A stretch of 32,000 nt of DNA. Source: Bacillus phage YungSlug. Made by a program: the position numbers and the translations under genes. Positions 15,788-23,562 of the stretch are shown here, one piece after another. The stretch lies in sequence record MT416612.2, one strand, 5' to 3'. The notes under the pieces are model-generated. The model was not told where the DNA came from, did not search any database, and saw nothing but the letters and a program-made list of their open reading frames with translations. How positions within the stretch are numbered: the first letter of the stretch is position 1; every line of letters starts with the position of its first letter.

Positions 15788-17959
15788 ATGAATATAATAG
15801 ATGCTAAAGACTGCTGGGATGCTTACTTAAAAACTCTGTATCTCCTTATAGATTCAAAATATCTTGATGCCAGAAACGTTTTTCTCCATATACGAAATAC
15901 GGATGATAATTACATTTGTTCCCTTCCAGACATCCCTGACCCATTACCTTGGTACTTACGAGTTAATTCTGACGTGATAGAAGGAGAGCTTGGAATTGGC
16001 GTTGGTCTTGATGTTCGATACAGCCAGAAGCGTTTAGGTAGAATCAAAGGGCATGGAGCTTACGATTGGGGATACAGAGATGAGACTGGAAGACCTGAAC
16101 CCTTATCCTCATTAAATCTTATTAACGATGAAGTTGATATATTCCCAAATATTGGACGTTTTGGCGGAAATGGTCAAATACATTACGTAAAAGACTTATT
16201 GTTACTAGACCCAACGACTGATAAAGGCATTGTACAGTTCTGGAATTATAAGCGTGACTTACTAGAGTATATGAGAAGAAAATATAAATCTCCTTCTATA
16301 GCAGGAGAGGAAAGTTGGTCTGACTCTCAGCACCAGAGGATTCCTTGCCCTGTGTCTTGGCATTTTACAGTCGATTCTAATGGAGTAAATAACAATGTGT
16401 ATTCTCGTTCGATGGTTTGGGATGCTCATATCCATGACGATGTATTCCGTTTTGCTGAACCTTCTAAATGGATTGGAGGTCACATGAAGAAGACCTCTGG
16501 AAGTTTGACTATGACGATTAACCGCTTGTGGATTAATAACTATGATTCCTCTCCAAGAGAACGCTTGGGAGACTTATATAATTATTGGACTTCAAACGCT
16601 CCCATTCGCTCGTATTACCCTGAAATAAACTTCCCTACCTATGAGACCAAAGAACAATTTGAACGTGACTGGGAGCTAAAGGAACTAGCTGAACAGGACT
16701 ATAGATTGGGAGCGTTCTATGAGGGAGACAAAAAGCTGGAAATGATATCTTCTGAATACTATAGAGAATGGTTGCGAGTAATCCGAGTAGCAGAAATGAC
16801 CATCGGTCATTATATTCTTGGGAAGATGTTTAGAAGAGGGATTCATAGTAGGGCTACGAAGAGAGCGATGGAGTACATTGAAGAGAAGACTTTCTTTGGA
16901 GCTTTAAACGAGATACAAGGCGTATACAGAGTTCAGATGGTTCAGTGGATTCTTAACTATACGTTGAGAGCGAAAGGCGAAGCTGGTGACTGGAAGCCTT
17001 ATCTGGAGTTATTACCTAGTGAACTCAGAGATATCGTGTTAATGTCATCGTTAGATAGAGTTAAGAAACCGTTTGTGGAAGACATCTTACCAAAGTTAGA
17101 CCAAAACCTATTAAAAATCCACCCAGACTTTAGACCAATAGATGCGAACGTCAAAGCAGTTTTTAATTCTAAGGAGGAAGCAGAAATGAGAAAACCTATT
17201 ACTGGAGTAGATATGAGATGCTTAGTTGTTGACCCTTATAATGGAACGAGAGTTTCAAGAAAACATCCGAAGCAGATAAAAGAGTTAAAGAAGAAAGATG
17301 AAATTGACTTCTGTTACTTCCCTGTAGAGCCTTTCCATAGAAGAGAGTCAAAGAGACATGCGACTGAGAATGCGATGAAAGCATGTGTTGAAAGCAACTT
17401 ACCGATGTCCATGGAAACTCGTAAAGAAGTTCCAGAGTGGGCAGTGGATTACTTGTCTAGACATAAATACAGCGAAGTACGTATTCACCTTAATACGTTG
17501 GATAAAGAGAAATACAAACTCTTATTTGAAGACTCTGATTCTCCTGACGAGTTATTGAACTCATTTATTCGTTGCTTTAATGGAGGAGCTTATACAATCC
17601 TTAAAGTAGCATCTATTGTACCTGGCATTATAACGCCTGTTGATGTGTTTAAAGTAGCTGATACATTAAAGAATTTCGTTGAACGAGTTGAGATTGGATT
17701 TGCTTCCTTTACGAAGGATGAGTTGGAGAATCTAATGAAGCTTGCTTCTATTAAGCTTGGTAAAAAGGCTTATGAGATTATCGAATTTTACGAGGAAGCT
17801 GATGGGAGATACTTTGTTAAGGAGAACTATAGAAAAGAGTTTCTACGTAAACTGAGTGCCTTTGTAGAGGGTTATAAGTTAGACTTGTATCCGATAAACG
17901 AAGTCGCTGTGAAAGATGGCGAAGTTGTTGGTCTTTTGAACTTTCGAGAAGAAAATTGA
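15788..17959 (+). CDS. ThyA-like domain fused to SPL/radical-SAM-like TIM barrel (putative base-modification enzyme)
   Basis: N-terminal IHYVKDLLLLDPTTDKGIVQFWN...RIPCPVSWHFTV...YSRSMVWDAHIHDDVFRFAE matches thymidylate synthase motifs. C-terminal FCYFPVEPF...MSMETRKEV...VRIHLNTLDKEKYKLLFEDSDSPDELLNSFIRCFNGGAYTILKVASIVPGI resembles SPL-like radical SAM barrels. Start set at ATG 15788 after TTGGAGG. Confidence 0.65.
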   Translation: MNIIDAKDCWDAYLKTLYLLIDSKYLDARNVFLHIRNTDDNYICSLPDIPDPLPWYLRVNSDVIEGELGIGVGLDVRYSQKRLGRIKGHGAYDWGYRDETGRPEPLSSLNLINDEVDIFPNIGRFGGNGQIHYVKDLLLLDPTTDKGIVQFWNYKRDLLEYMRRKYKSPSIAGEESWSDSQHQRIPCPVSWHFTVDSNGVNNNVYSRSMVWDAHIHDDVFRFAEPSKWIGGHMKKTSGSLTMTINRLWINNYDSSPRERLGDLYNYWTSNAPIRSYYPEINFPTYETKEQFERDWELKELAEQDYRLGAFYEGDKKLEMISSEYYREWLRVIRVAEMTIGHYILGKMFRRGIHSRATKRAMEYIEEKTFFGALNEIQGVYRVQMVQWILNYTLRAKGEAGDWKPYLELLPSELRDIVLMSSLDRVKKPFVEDILPKLDQNLLKIHPDFRPIDANVKAVFNSKEEAEMRKPITGVDMRCLVVDPYNGTRVSRKHPKQIKELKKKDEIDFCYFPVEPFHRRESKRHATENAMKACVESNLPMSMETRKEVPEWAVDYLSRHKYSEVRIHLNTLDKEKYKLLFEDSDSPDELLNSFIRCFNGGAYTILKVASIVPGIITPVDVFKVADTLKNFVERVEIGFASFTKDELENLMKLASIKLGKKAYEIIEFYEEADGRYFVKENYRKEFLRKLSAFVEGYKLDLYPINEVAVKDGEVVGLLNFREEN

Positions 17960-17994
17960 TTATCTGGTTTATTTAGAGTAGATAAGAAAAGGAG

Positions 17995-18693
17995 ATGATG
18001 AAAATGTCAGAGACAACTATTGAACGTAAACCTTATAAACTGGCACGATTCGACATTAAAGAGCATGTAGCAGAATACTTAAAAAAGAACGGTGCTAAAT
18101 ATCCTGATGGAATGAAAATGGTTAATATTCGTGGCTGTAATGGGGCAGGTAAGTCTACAGTTCCAATGGAATTCCTATTTAATGACCCAGCGGTGTATCT
18201 ACTAACTTATGAAGGTAAGGATGTTGCTACAGTATTCCCTACATATGGCTGGGTTGCGATGGGGAAATATAGAACGAAAACTGGTGGACTAGACGGATAT
18301 AAAAATGGTGAACAAACTCGTAATATGTTACAATTACTTTGGTGTTTACCGTTTAATATAATCATGGAAGGTGTAATTGCTTCAACCATTTATTCTACCT
18401 ATGCTGACTTATTTAATGAATATAAATCTCATAAGATTAAGCGTGAGATTGGAGTAATGAACTTGCTTCCACCGTTTGAAGTTATCAAAGACCGTTTAGA
18501 AAAGCGTAATGGTGGTAAAGAGATTAAGTGGGAGCAAGTAGAAAGTAAATATAGAACAGTTAAGAAGAATGCTCAAAAGTTCCTTGAAGCTGGATTAATT
18601 AGCTGGGAAGCTGATAACTCTGGTATTGAAAGAGATGAAACGTTGGGTTGGTTCTTAGAACAAGTTGAAGAATTTCTTGGAGCGAAACACTAA
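17995..18693 (+). CDS. P-loop kinase, putative 5-hydroxymethyl-dU DNA kinase
   Basis: VNIRGCNGAGKSTVPMEFL Walker A in a small kinase-like protein located within the modification cluster; Walker B less clear (FNIIMEG). Confidence 0.65.
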   Translation: MMKMSETTIERKPYKLARFDIKEHVAEYLKKNGAKYPDGMKMVNIRGCNGAGKSTVPMEFLFNDPAVYLLTYEGKDVATVFPTYGWVAMGKYRTKTGGLDGYKNGEQTRNMLQLLWCLPFNIIMEGVIASTIYSTYADLFNEYKSHKIKREIGVMNLLPPFEVIKDRLEKRNGGKEIKWEQVESKYRTVKKNAQKFLEAGLISWEADNSGIERDETLGWFLEQVEEFLGAKH

Positions 18694-18706
18694 TAAAATA
18701 ATATGA

Positions 18707-18726
18707 CCGAGTCATAAAAGGAGAGG
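18707..18726 (+). repeat. 20-bp leader repeat copy 1 (CCGAGTCATAAAAGGAGAGG)
   Basis: Exact match to 21441-21460; includes the ribosome-binding site. Confidence 0.85.
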
Positions 18727-18731
18727 TTAAT

Positions 18732-19118
18732 ATGAAAACAAAATTAAGTAAATACAAGTTGTTTGTTACTGAGGATGATACTGTAGTTTGTGTAAAAACT
18801 AAAGAGCTTGAAGGAAGAACTGTTTTTAATATGTACAACGTAACTCCAATGGGCTATCATGATAATGAAGAGAATAACTTCAATGTTCATATTAGTCTCT
18901 TGCGAGAACTCACTGAAGAAGAACAAGATGCTGTTCTTGAGTTCCGTAAAGTAATCAAAATGGGTAACTTTACAAGGATGCTATGCGGATATGAACAAGT
19001 CCCTGGCGATAGATTTTCAAATAAGCTTTCCATAATTCTTGAGAAAGTTGAAAAGCTTAGAAGAAAGAAGGAGGAACGAAATGAAATTCGAAGAAGCAAG
19101 CTCAAAGGTGAAAAATAA
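18732..19118 (+). CDS. hypothetical protein (128 aa)
   Basis: Complete ORF with good RBS (AAAAGGAGAGG). Confidence 0.65.
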   Translation: MKTKLSKYKLFVTEDDTVVCVKTKELEGRTVFNMYNVTPMGYHDNEENNFNVHISLLRELTEEEQDAVLEFRKVIKMGNFTRMLCGYEQVPGDRFSNKLSIILEKVEKLRRKKEERNEIRRSKLKGEK

Positions 19119-19299
19119 AGAGGTAGGCGGTATGCGTCTACCAAGCTGGAGTCCTGATGTTGTTATTCGATGTCAGTTTCCAGATGAACATAGTAAAATG
19201 ACTCACCCATACTTATACGCTGAAAGTCGCTTTGGATGTGTTCCTTGGAATCCTACTGTACCTGAAACTTGGAATGATAAATGGGAGGTTGTTGAGTAA
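19081..19299 (+). CDS. Tad2-like / DUF2829-like small protein
   Basis: MKFEEASSKVKNKE..MRLPSWSPD...HPYLYAESRFGCVPWNPTVPETWNDKWEVVE fits the pattern (MxFxEAL..KxG....R..W.......PYL.....G...PW.PS..DL...DWEV). Start at ATG 19081 after GGAGG. Confidence 0.6.
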   Translation: MKFEEASSKVKNKEVGGMRLPSWSPDVVIRCQFPDEHSKMTHPYLYAESRFGCVPWNPTVPETWNDKWEVVE

Positions 19300-19829
19300 T
19301 GTCGAAAGACAAGCTTGAAGAACTAAGAGAACTTGACACCACTTTAGGTTGTGTACAGGATTTTTCGAGGTTAACATACTTAATTACTAACTATGCAAGT
19401 TCTGTGGAACTTGTAGGATTTGACAAAGATAAGTTCCTTGAGTTCTTAAAAGATACAAAAGAAAACCTTCATGCCTACAGCGTTGAACTTTTTAAAGCAA
19501 GAGGTGTAGTATTACCTGAGATTACAAAGGAGGTTCTAGAAATGAATTTGAATCATTTAGGAAACATTGGAAACGCTCTGTTATCTGTAACTGATGGTGG
19601 TAGAAAGATTAGACGTGAAAGTTGGCCAAAAGGTGATTTCGTTGTAAGACAAAAAGCGTATCCAAATGGCATTCCTTGTAATAAACAAACCGCTGAAGCG
19701 TATGGATTGAATGAAGGTGAACTGTTTAAGTGTGCTCCATACTTACAGAAGATGGAAGGTGGCGTTGCTATTATGTGGACGCCAGACCAAAAAGATTTAT
19801 TTGCAAACGACTGGGAGGTTCTTATTTAA
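19299..19829 (+). CDS. protein with C-terminal Tad2-like / DUF2829 domain and about 90-aa N-terminal extension
   Basis: C-terminal NIGNALLSVTDGGRKIRRESWPKGDFVVRQ...APYLQKMEGGVAIMWTPDQKDLFANDWEVLI. Confidence 0.75.
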   Translation: MSKDKLEELRELDTTLGCVQDFSRLTYLITNYASSVELVGFDKDKFLEFLKDTKENLHAYSVELFKARGVVLPEITKEVLEMNLNHLGNIGNALLSVTDGGRKIRRESWPKGDFVVRQKAYPNGIPCNKQTAEAYGLNEGELFKCAPYLQKMEGGVAIMWTPDQKDLFANDWEVLI

Positions 19830-20887
19830 TGATTAATACTAACTATGAAACGAAGCCTGAGTGGATTGAGAAAGGCTACTGGATAGAGCCTGATTTAAAT
19901 ACAGTAAAGATTAACCAAAAGAACTTGGATGAGTATTGGTACTGGATTCATGAGCGTATGGAAATCTGGCATAAACGAGTTATTCTTGGCCAACCAGCTC
20001 CTTGGACTGAAGATGAAATCCTAAAGGAATATAAATTCACTAATGCTATTCGTGACCTTGACCGCTTAACAATCTATTATATTGACAATATTCTTGCTAA
20101 GTTAGAAGCTACGAAAACTGCTGGTGTTATTGCTATTGGAGAAATCCAAAAGAGTGTTATTCTTAACACTATGATTTATCGCCTGTTCTGTCGTATTGAG
20201 ACTTGGGAAGAAATTGGATATATCCCTTTAGGTTACTGGGAAGAAGAATGGCCAAAGGCAAAAGAAAGACTACGTAAAAGACGTGAGGAAGGTCATTCAA
20301 TCTTTACTTCAGCTTATTACGTTAACGACCTTAAAGCTGGTAACCCAAACCCTGAAACGAATAGTAATAAGCTTGAGAATGCTATTTGCTTAATTGAAGA
20401 CTGGTATAAAAATATTCAAGATATCTATGTTAATGGATTCCTTGAAGCTGGAAGTATGAAAGAACAGCTAGACTACTTCAAAACTCTTAAATGTATTGGA
20501 CACTTTACCGCTTATGAGTGGTCTTGTGACTTCTGTCTTGCTGAACGCTATACTGGTGTTAAGTTAGTACGTTGGGACGATGATTCTTACACTAACGTTG
20601 GGCCAGGAGCAAAGCGTGGTCTTGATTGGATTTTTGAAGATTTAGGAAATATGAACCATTTACAAGCTATCTTCTATCTACGAAGTATTGCGAAAGATGA
20701 GTTCAAACGTCTTGGTTACGATAAGACTATGAAATGGCCAGCTAAAGTTACTGATTTCAATTTACGTGTTATAGAACACGATTTATGCGAGTATCAGAAA
20801 TATAAGAAAGCAAAAGAAGGCGTTGGACGACCAAAGGTGAAGTTTAAGCAATCTACCTTTGATAACTCTGTGCTAAAAGGACGTTAA
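19829..20887 (+). CDS. putative DNA base hypermodification protein (5-hmdU DNA kinase helical domain / aGPT-PPlase-like, HhH glycosylase-related fold)
   Basis: YWYWIHERMEIWHKRVILGQPAPWTEDEILKEYKFTNAIRDLDRLTIYYI; TLKCIGHFTAYEWSCDF (HhH-like); NVGPGAKRGLDWIF. ATG 19829 overlaps the preceding stop. Confidence 0.75.
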   Translation: MINTNYETKPEWIEKGYWIEPDLNTVKINQKNLDEYWYWIHERMEIWHKRVILGQPAPWTEDEILKEYKFTNAIRDLDRLTIYYIDNILAKLEATKTAGVIAIGEIQKSVILNTMIYRLFCRIETWEEIGYIPLGYWEEEWPKAKERLRKRREEGHSIFTSAYYVNDLKAGNPNPETNSNKLENAICLIEDWYKNIQDIYVNGFLEAGSMKEQLDYFKTLKCIGHFTAYEWSCDFCLAERYTGVKLVRWDDDSYTNVGPGAKRGLDWIFEDLGNMNHLQAIFYLRSIAKDEFKRLGYDKTMKWPAKVTDFNLRVIEHDLCEYQKYKKAKEGVGRPKVKFKQSTFDNSVLKGR

Positions 20888-20895
20888 CAACCCAG

Positions 20896-20917
20896 CCCTC
20901 CTACTATGGAGGGTTTT
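20896..20917 (+). terminator. intrinsic terminator
   Basis: CCCTCC-TACTAT-GGAGGG-TTTT. Confidence 0.75.
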
Positions 20918-20939
20918 CAATCACAAGGAGGAGATTACA

Positions 20940-21104
20940 TTGCACAAGCATGACCAACCTAAAACATTCTTTAAATCCGAGTATAAACCAAAGTGCCCAA
21001 AGTGTTCTGGGAAGATGATTAAAGAGGAACTTGCTACAAAAGATAACTTTAATATAAGCACTATGTATATCTGTTATAAGTGTAACTATTCTATTATGAA
21101 CTAA
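20940..21104 (+). CDS. small zinc-ribbon-like protein (54 aa)
   Basis: TTG start after AAGGAGGAG; KCPKCSGK...YICYKCNYS two CxxC pairs. Not in the supplied ORF track. Confidence 0.55.
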   Translation: MHKHDQPKTFFKSEYKPKCPKCSGKMIKEELATKDNFNISTMYICYKCNYSIMN

Positions 21105-21160
21105 AAGCTTGAATCACTGTCCGTAATATTATCATTGTATTCCTTTCTGGAGGTGATATT

Positions 21161-21340
21161 ATGGACGAGGGTAAAAAGTATATCCCAGGTCTTGGAACTA
21201 ATTTCAAGATTTCTAAAGACGAAGTTGAAGCAACTACTATTAAAAACCAAGCTGACAGTACAGCTACTGACGTTGCTGGCTTAAAAGCTGACTTTAATGC
21301 GTTGTTAAAACGTTTCCGTGACGCTGGTTTTATGAAGTAA
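21161..21340 (+). CDS. small protein with head-fiber-like C-terminal motif (59 aa)
   Basis: ATG after TCTGGAGGTG; QADSTATDVAGLKADFNALLKRFRDAGFMK resembles the short phage head-fiber (Phage_fiber_2-like) motif. Not in the supplied ORF track. Confidence 0.6.
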   Translation: MDEGKKYIPGLGTNFKISKDEVEATTIKNQADSTATDVAGLKADFNALLKRFRDAGFMK

Positions 21341-21343
21341 GAG

Positions 21344-21370
21344 AGGGAGCTTGAAAAAGCTCTCTTTTTT
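21344..21370 (+). terminator. intrinsic terminator
   Basis: AGGGAGCTT-GAAA-AAGCTCTCTTTTTT. Confidence 0.8.
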
Positions 21371-21395
21371 ATTTGACAAAATTGCGAATAATTTG

Positions 21396-21424
21396 TTGAA
21401 TGTTGTTATATAATATAGTATGAT
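21396..21424 (+). promoter_or_regulatory. sigma-A-like promoter
   Basis: TTGAAT - 17 nt - TATGAT; an additional TTGACA lies at 21373-21378. Confidence 0.5.
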
Positions 21425-21440
21425 AGTCTTGTAAGGTAAT

Positions 21441-21460
21441 CCGAGTCATAAAAGGAGAGG
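21441..21460 (+). repeat. 20-bp leader repeat copy 2 (CCGAGTCATAAAAGGAGAGG)
   Basis: Exact match to 18707-18726. Confidence 0.85.
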
Positions 21461-21465
21461 ATAAC

Positions 21466-21666
21466 ATGATTTTCGTATACCCAGAGTTAGACTATAGTGA
21501 AAAAGTAGAATCTTTTGAGGAGCTTAAAGCGGTTGTTTATAAGCTACATAATGATTTTGATTTAAGAGGTTCTAATTGGGATTGGGACGGTGCCGAACTT
21601 CTAGAAGACAACTGTGTTGATGTAATTGGGAGAGTAGCTTATAATGGAAGGGTTATAAAAGAATGA
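21466..21666 (+). CDS. hypothetical acidic protein (66 aa)
   Basis: Complete ORF with strong RBS. Confidence 0.65.
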   Translation: MIFVYPELDYSEKVESFEELKAVVYKLHNDFDLRGSNWDWDGAELLEDNCVDVIGRVAYNGRVIKE

Positions 21667-21724
21667 TTTGGTGGGTTTTATTAATTGCAATAATACTAGG
21701 TACATACTTAAAGGAGAGATAACT

Positions 21725-21865
21725 ATGGAAAAGAAAAACAACGATGTTATTGAAAAGATGAAAGAGCTTTACAAGGATAAGAACGTGAACCCAAGATTCT
21801 GGGAAGGTTTAGAGCGAATTACAAACCAATATGACGAAGCTTTGAAAGACCTTGCAAAAAGATAG
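21725..21865 (+). CDS. hypothetical small protein (46 aa)
   Basis: ATG 21725 follows AAGGAGAG; ORF-track start 21668 is less likely. Confidence 0.55.
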   Translation: MEKKNNDVIEKMKELYKDKNVNPRFWEGLERITNQYDEALKDLAKR

Positions 21866-21898
21866 TTGACAAAACTAAATAAAAATGTATGTGCCCTC

Positions 21899-21907
21899 TT
21901 TTATTAG
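21899..21907 (+). promoter_or_regulatory. recurrent TTTTATTAG element
   Basis: One of six TTTTATTA copies ahead of operons in the window. Confidence 0.4.
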
Positions 21908-21936
21908 GATGTAATCTTAATAAGGAGGGCTTTTTA

Positions 21937-23130
21937 ATGGGCAAAATATTTACAGCCGACAACCCAAGTAAAATCTATCTAGAAGCATTATTAACAGCGA
22001 AAGCACAAGGGAAGGTAGTTGCTCCACGTGGGAAACGAGTTAAAGAAATTCGTCCTGTAATCGTTGAGTTCACTAATCCTTACAACCGTACAACGTTCTT
22101 AAAAGGACGTAAAATCAACCCATTCTTCCAACTTGCTGAAGCTCTTTGGATTCTTAGAGGGAGAGCCGATGTTGAGTGGTTAACGAAGTTTAATGCGAAT
22201 ATGGCTCAGTTCTCTGACGATGGTGTTTACTTTAACGCTCCATACGGTGAACGCTTACGATTCTTTAACCAGAACTCATATAAAGGTTTTGTATTTAACC
22301 CTCATGACCAATTATATGATGTGTTCCAAAAGCTTTCTAAAGATAAAGACACTCGTCAAGCGGTTGCGTCAATTTGGAATCCGTTATTTGATAACGTTTC
22401 TTACGAAGGTAAAGACTTCCCTTGTAATATGTTACTTGACTTTAAGATTCGTGATAACAAGCTTGAGTTAGTAGTTTTTAATCGTTCTAACGATATTCAC
22501 TGGGGAACTTGGGGAGCGAACTTATGTCAGTTCTCTACTATTCAAGAAGTTATGGCATCTTGGTTAGGAATTGAGTGCGGGATGTATGCTCAAATTACGA
22601 ACTCTTTACACGTATACCTAGATGATTATGGTGCTCAGATTACTGACGATATCATCAAAGCTTACGGTGTTAACGCTGATTTACTTGAAAAGGGAATCGT
22701 GCCTATTGGTTTAATTGAGAAAGCTGACTTTGAAACTTCTAAGTTGATGTTCAAAAATGAACCTCGAATTACATTAGGTAAGGAAGACTTTGATATGTTC
22801 TTAGATGAATATTTCTACAACGTTGACCCTATCTTAATGGATGACAAGGTTTATGAGAGCAACGAAGCTGTAACTGGACTAATTGAAATGGTTAATAATG
22901 CTCCTGATGATTATTTCCGAATGACGTTACTTGCTATGGTTGCTTACCGTTCTCATAAATTAAAGAATCGCGTAGGGGTTATTGAAGCATTAAAATTAAT
23001 GGCTGATAGCCAATGGAAGCTTTCTTGCTTGTATTTCTTATATAACTCTTATAAAGAAGACAAAGACTATCTAGAGCTATTCTCACACTTCTCAGAGGAG
23101 CAAAAAGACTACATTAAAGGGGAGATGTAA
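21937..23130 (+). CDS. thymidylate synthase family protein (dTMP synthase or dUMP hydroxymethylase)
   Basis: YGERL, DTRQAVASIWNP, DFPCNMLLDFKI, VFNRSNDIHWGTWGANLCQFS, NSLHVYLDD motifs. Start ATG 21937 after AAGGAGGG. Confidence 0.88.
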   Translation: MGKIFTADNPSKIYLEALLTAKAQGKVVAPRGKRVKEIRPVIVEFTNPYNRTTFLKGRKINPFFQLAEALWILRGRADVEWLTKFNANMAQFSDDGVYFNAPYGERLRFFNQNSYKGFVFNPHDQLYDVFQKLSKDKDTRQAVASIWNPLFDNVSYEGKDFPCNMLLDFKIRDNKLELVVFNRSNDIHWGTWGANLCQFSTIQEVMASWLGIECGMYAQITNSLHVYLDDYGAQITDDIIKAYGVNADLLEKGIVPIGLIEKADFETSKLMFKNEPRITLGKEDFDMFLDEYFYNVDPILMDDKVYESNEAVTGLIEMVNNAPDDYFRMTLLAMVAYRSHKLKNRVGVIEALKLMADSQWKLSCLYFLYNSYKEDKDYLELFSHFSEEQKDYIKGEM

Positions 23131-23562
23131 ATGACAAGAAAAACATTCCTAAATAATGGTAGCCAATTAGTGATTGCTGTCGATTTCGATGGAACAATTA
23201 CTACTGAACCTGAAATGGGTGGAAGATTAGAACTACAACCGAATTGTGCTGAGGTACTAAGGAAGTGGAAGCGTGAAGGTCATAAATTGATTCTCTGGAC
23301 TTGTAGAACTGGAGAATCTTTTGACCATGCGACTAAATTTTTGAAGTCGAAGGATTTATTTATGTTGTTCGATGCCGCAAATGGTCAACTTCCTGATATT
23401 GAAGCAAGATTCTTCCCTGATGTAGCTCGTAAAGTTGGAGCTGATGTATACTTGGATGATAAAGGCTTGGGAACTATCGTTGACTGGTTGCGTTTCGATA
23501 AAGGTCTACAAGAGATTGTGGATGAGTTGAAAGAACCAGAAGGAGGAAATTACATTGGATAA
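23131..23562 (+). CDS. HAD-superfamily hydrolase
   Basis: VIAVDFDGTIT, LILWTCRTG, ADVYLDDKG motifs. Confidence 0.8.
   Translation: MTRKTFLNNGSQLVIAVDFDGTITTEPEMGGRLELQPNCAEVLRKWKREGHKLILWTCRTGESFDHATKFLKSKDLFMLFDAANGQLPDIEARFFPDVARKVGADVYLDDKGLGTIVDWLRFDKGLQEIVDELKEPEGGNYIG

Noticed and set aside
16262-16483. Minus-strand ORF inside the ThyA/SPL-like fusion gene
   Set aside because: Antisense to a well-supported long gene, no RBS or domain. The same reasoning applies to the other minus-strand ORFs (325-519, 1468-1902, 2172-2363, 3963-4202, 7147-7341, 10398-10667, 12290-12658, 13797-14027, 18207-18389, 18887-19144, 26023-26256, 26936-27142, 29046-29291, 29463-29693, 31319-31510).
22193-22471. 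Alternative-frame plus-strand ORFs (22193-22471, 2935-3138, 3718-3900, 10519-10749, 12433-12615, 13625-13867, 26268-26543, 28769-28960)
   Set aside because: Nested within strongly supported genes, without plausible ribosome sites or recognisable products.
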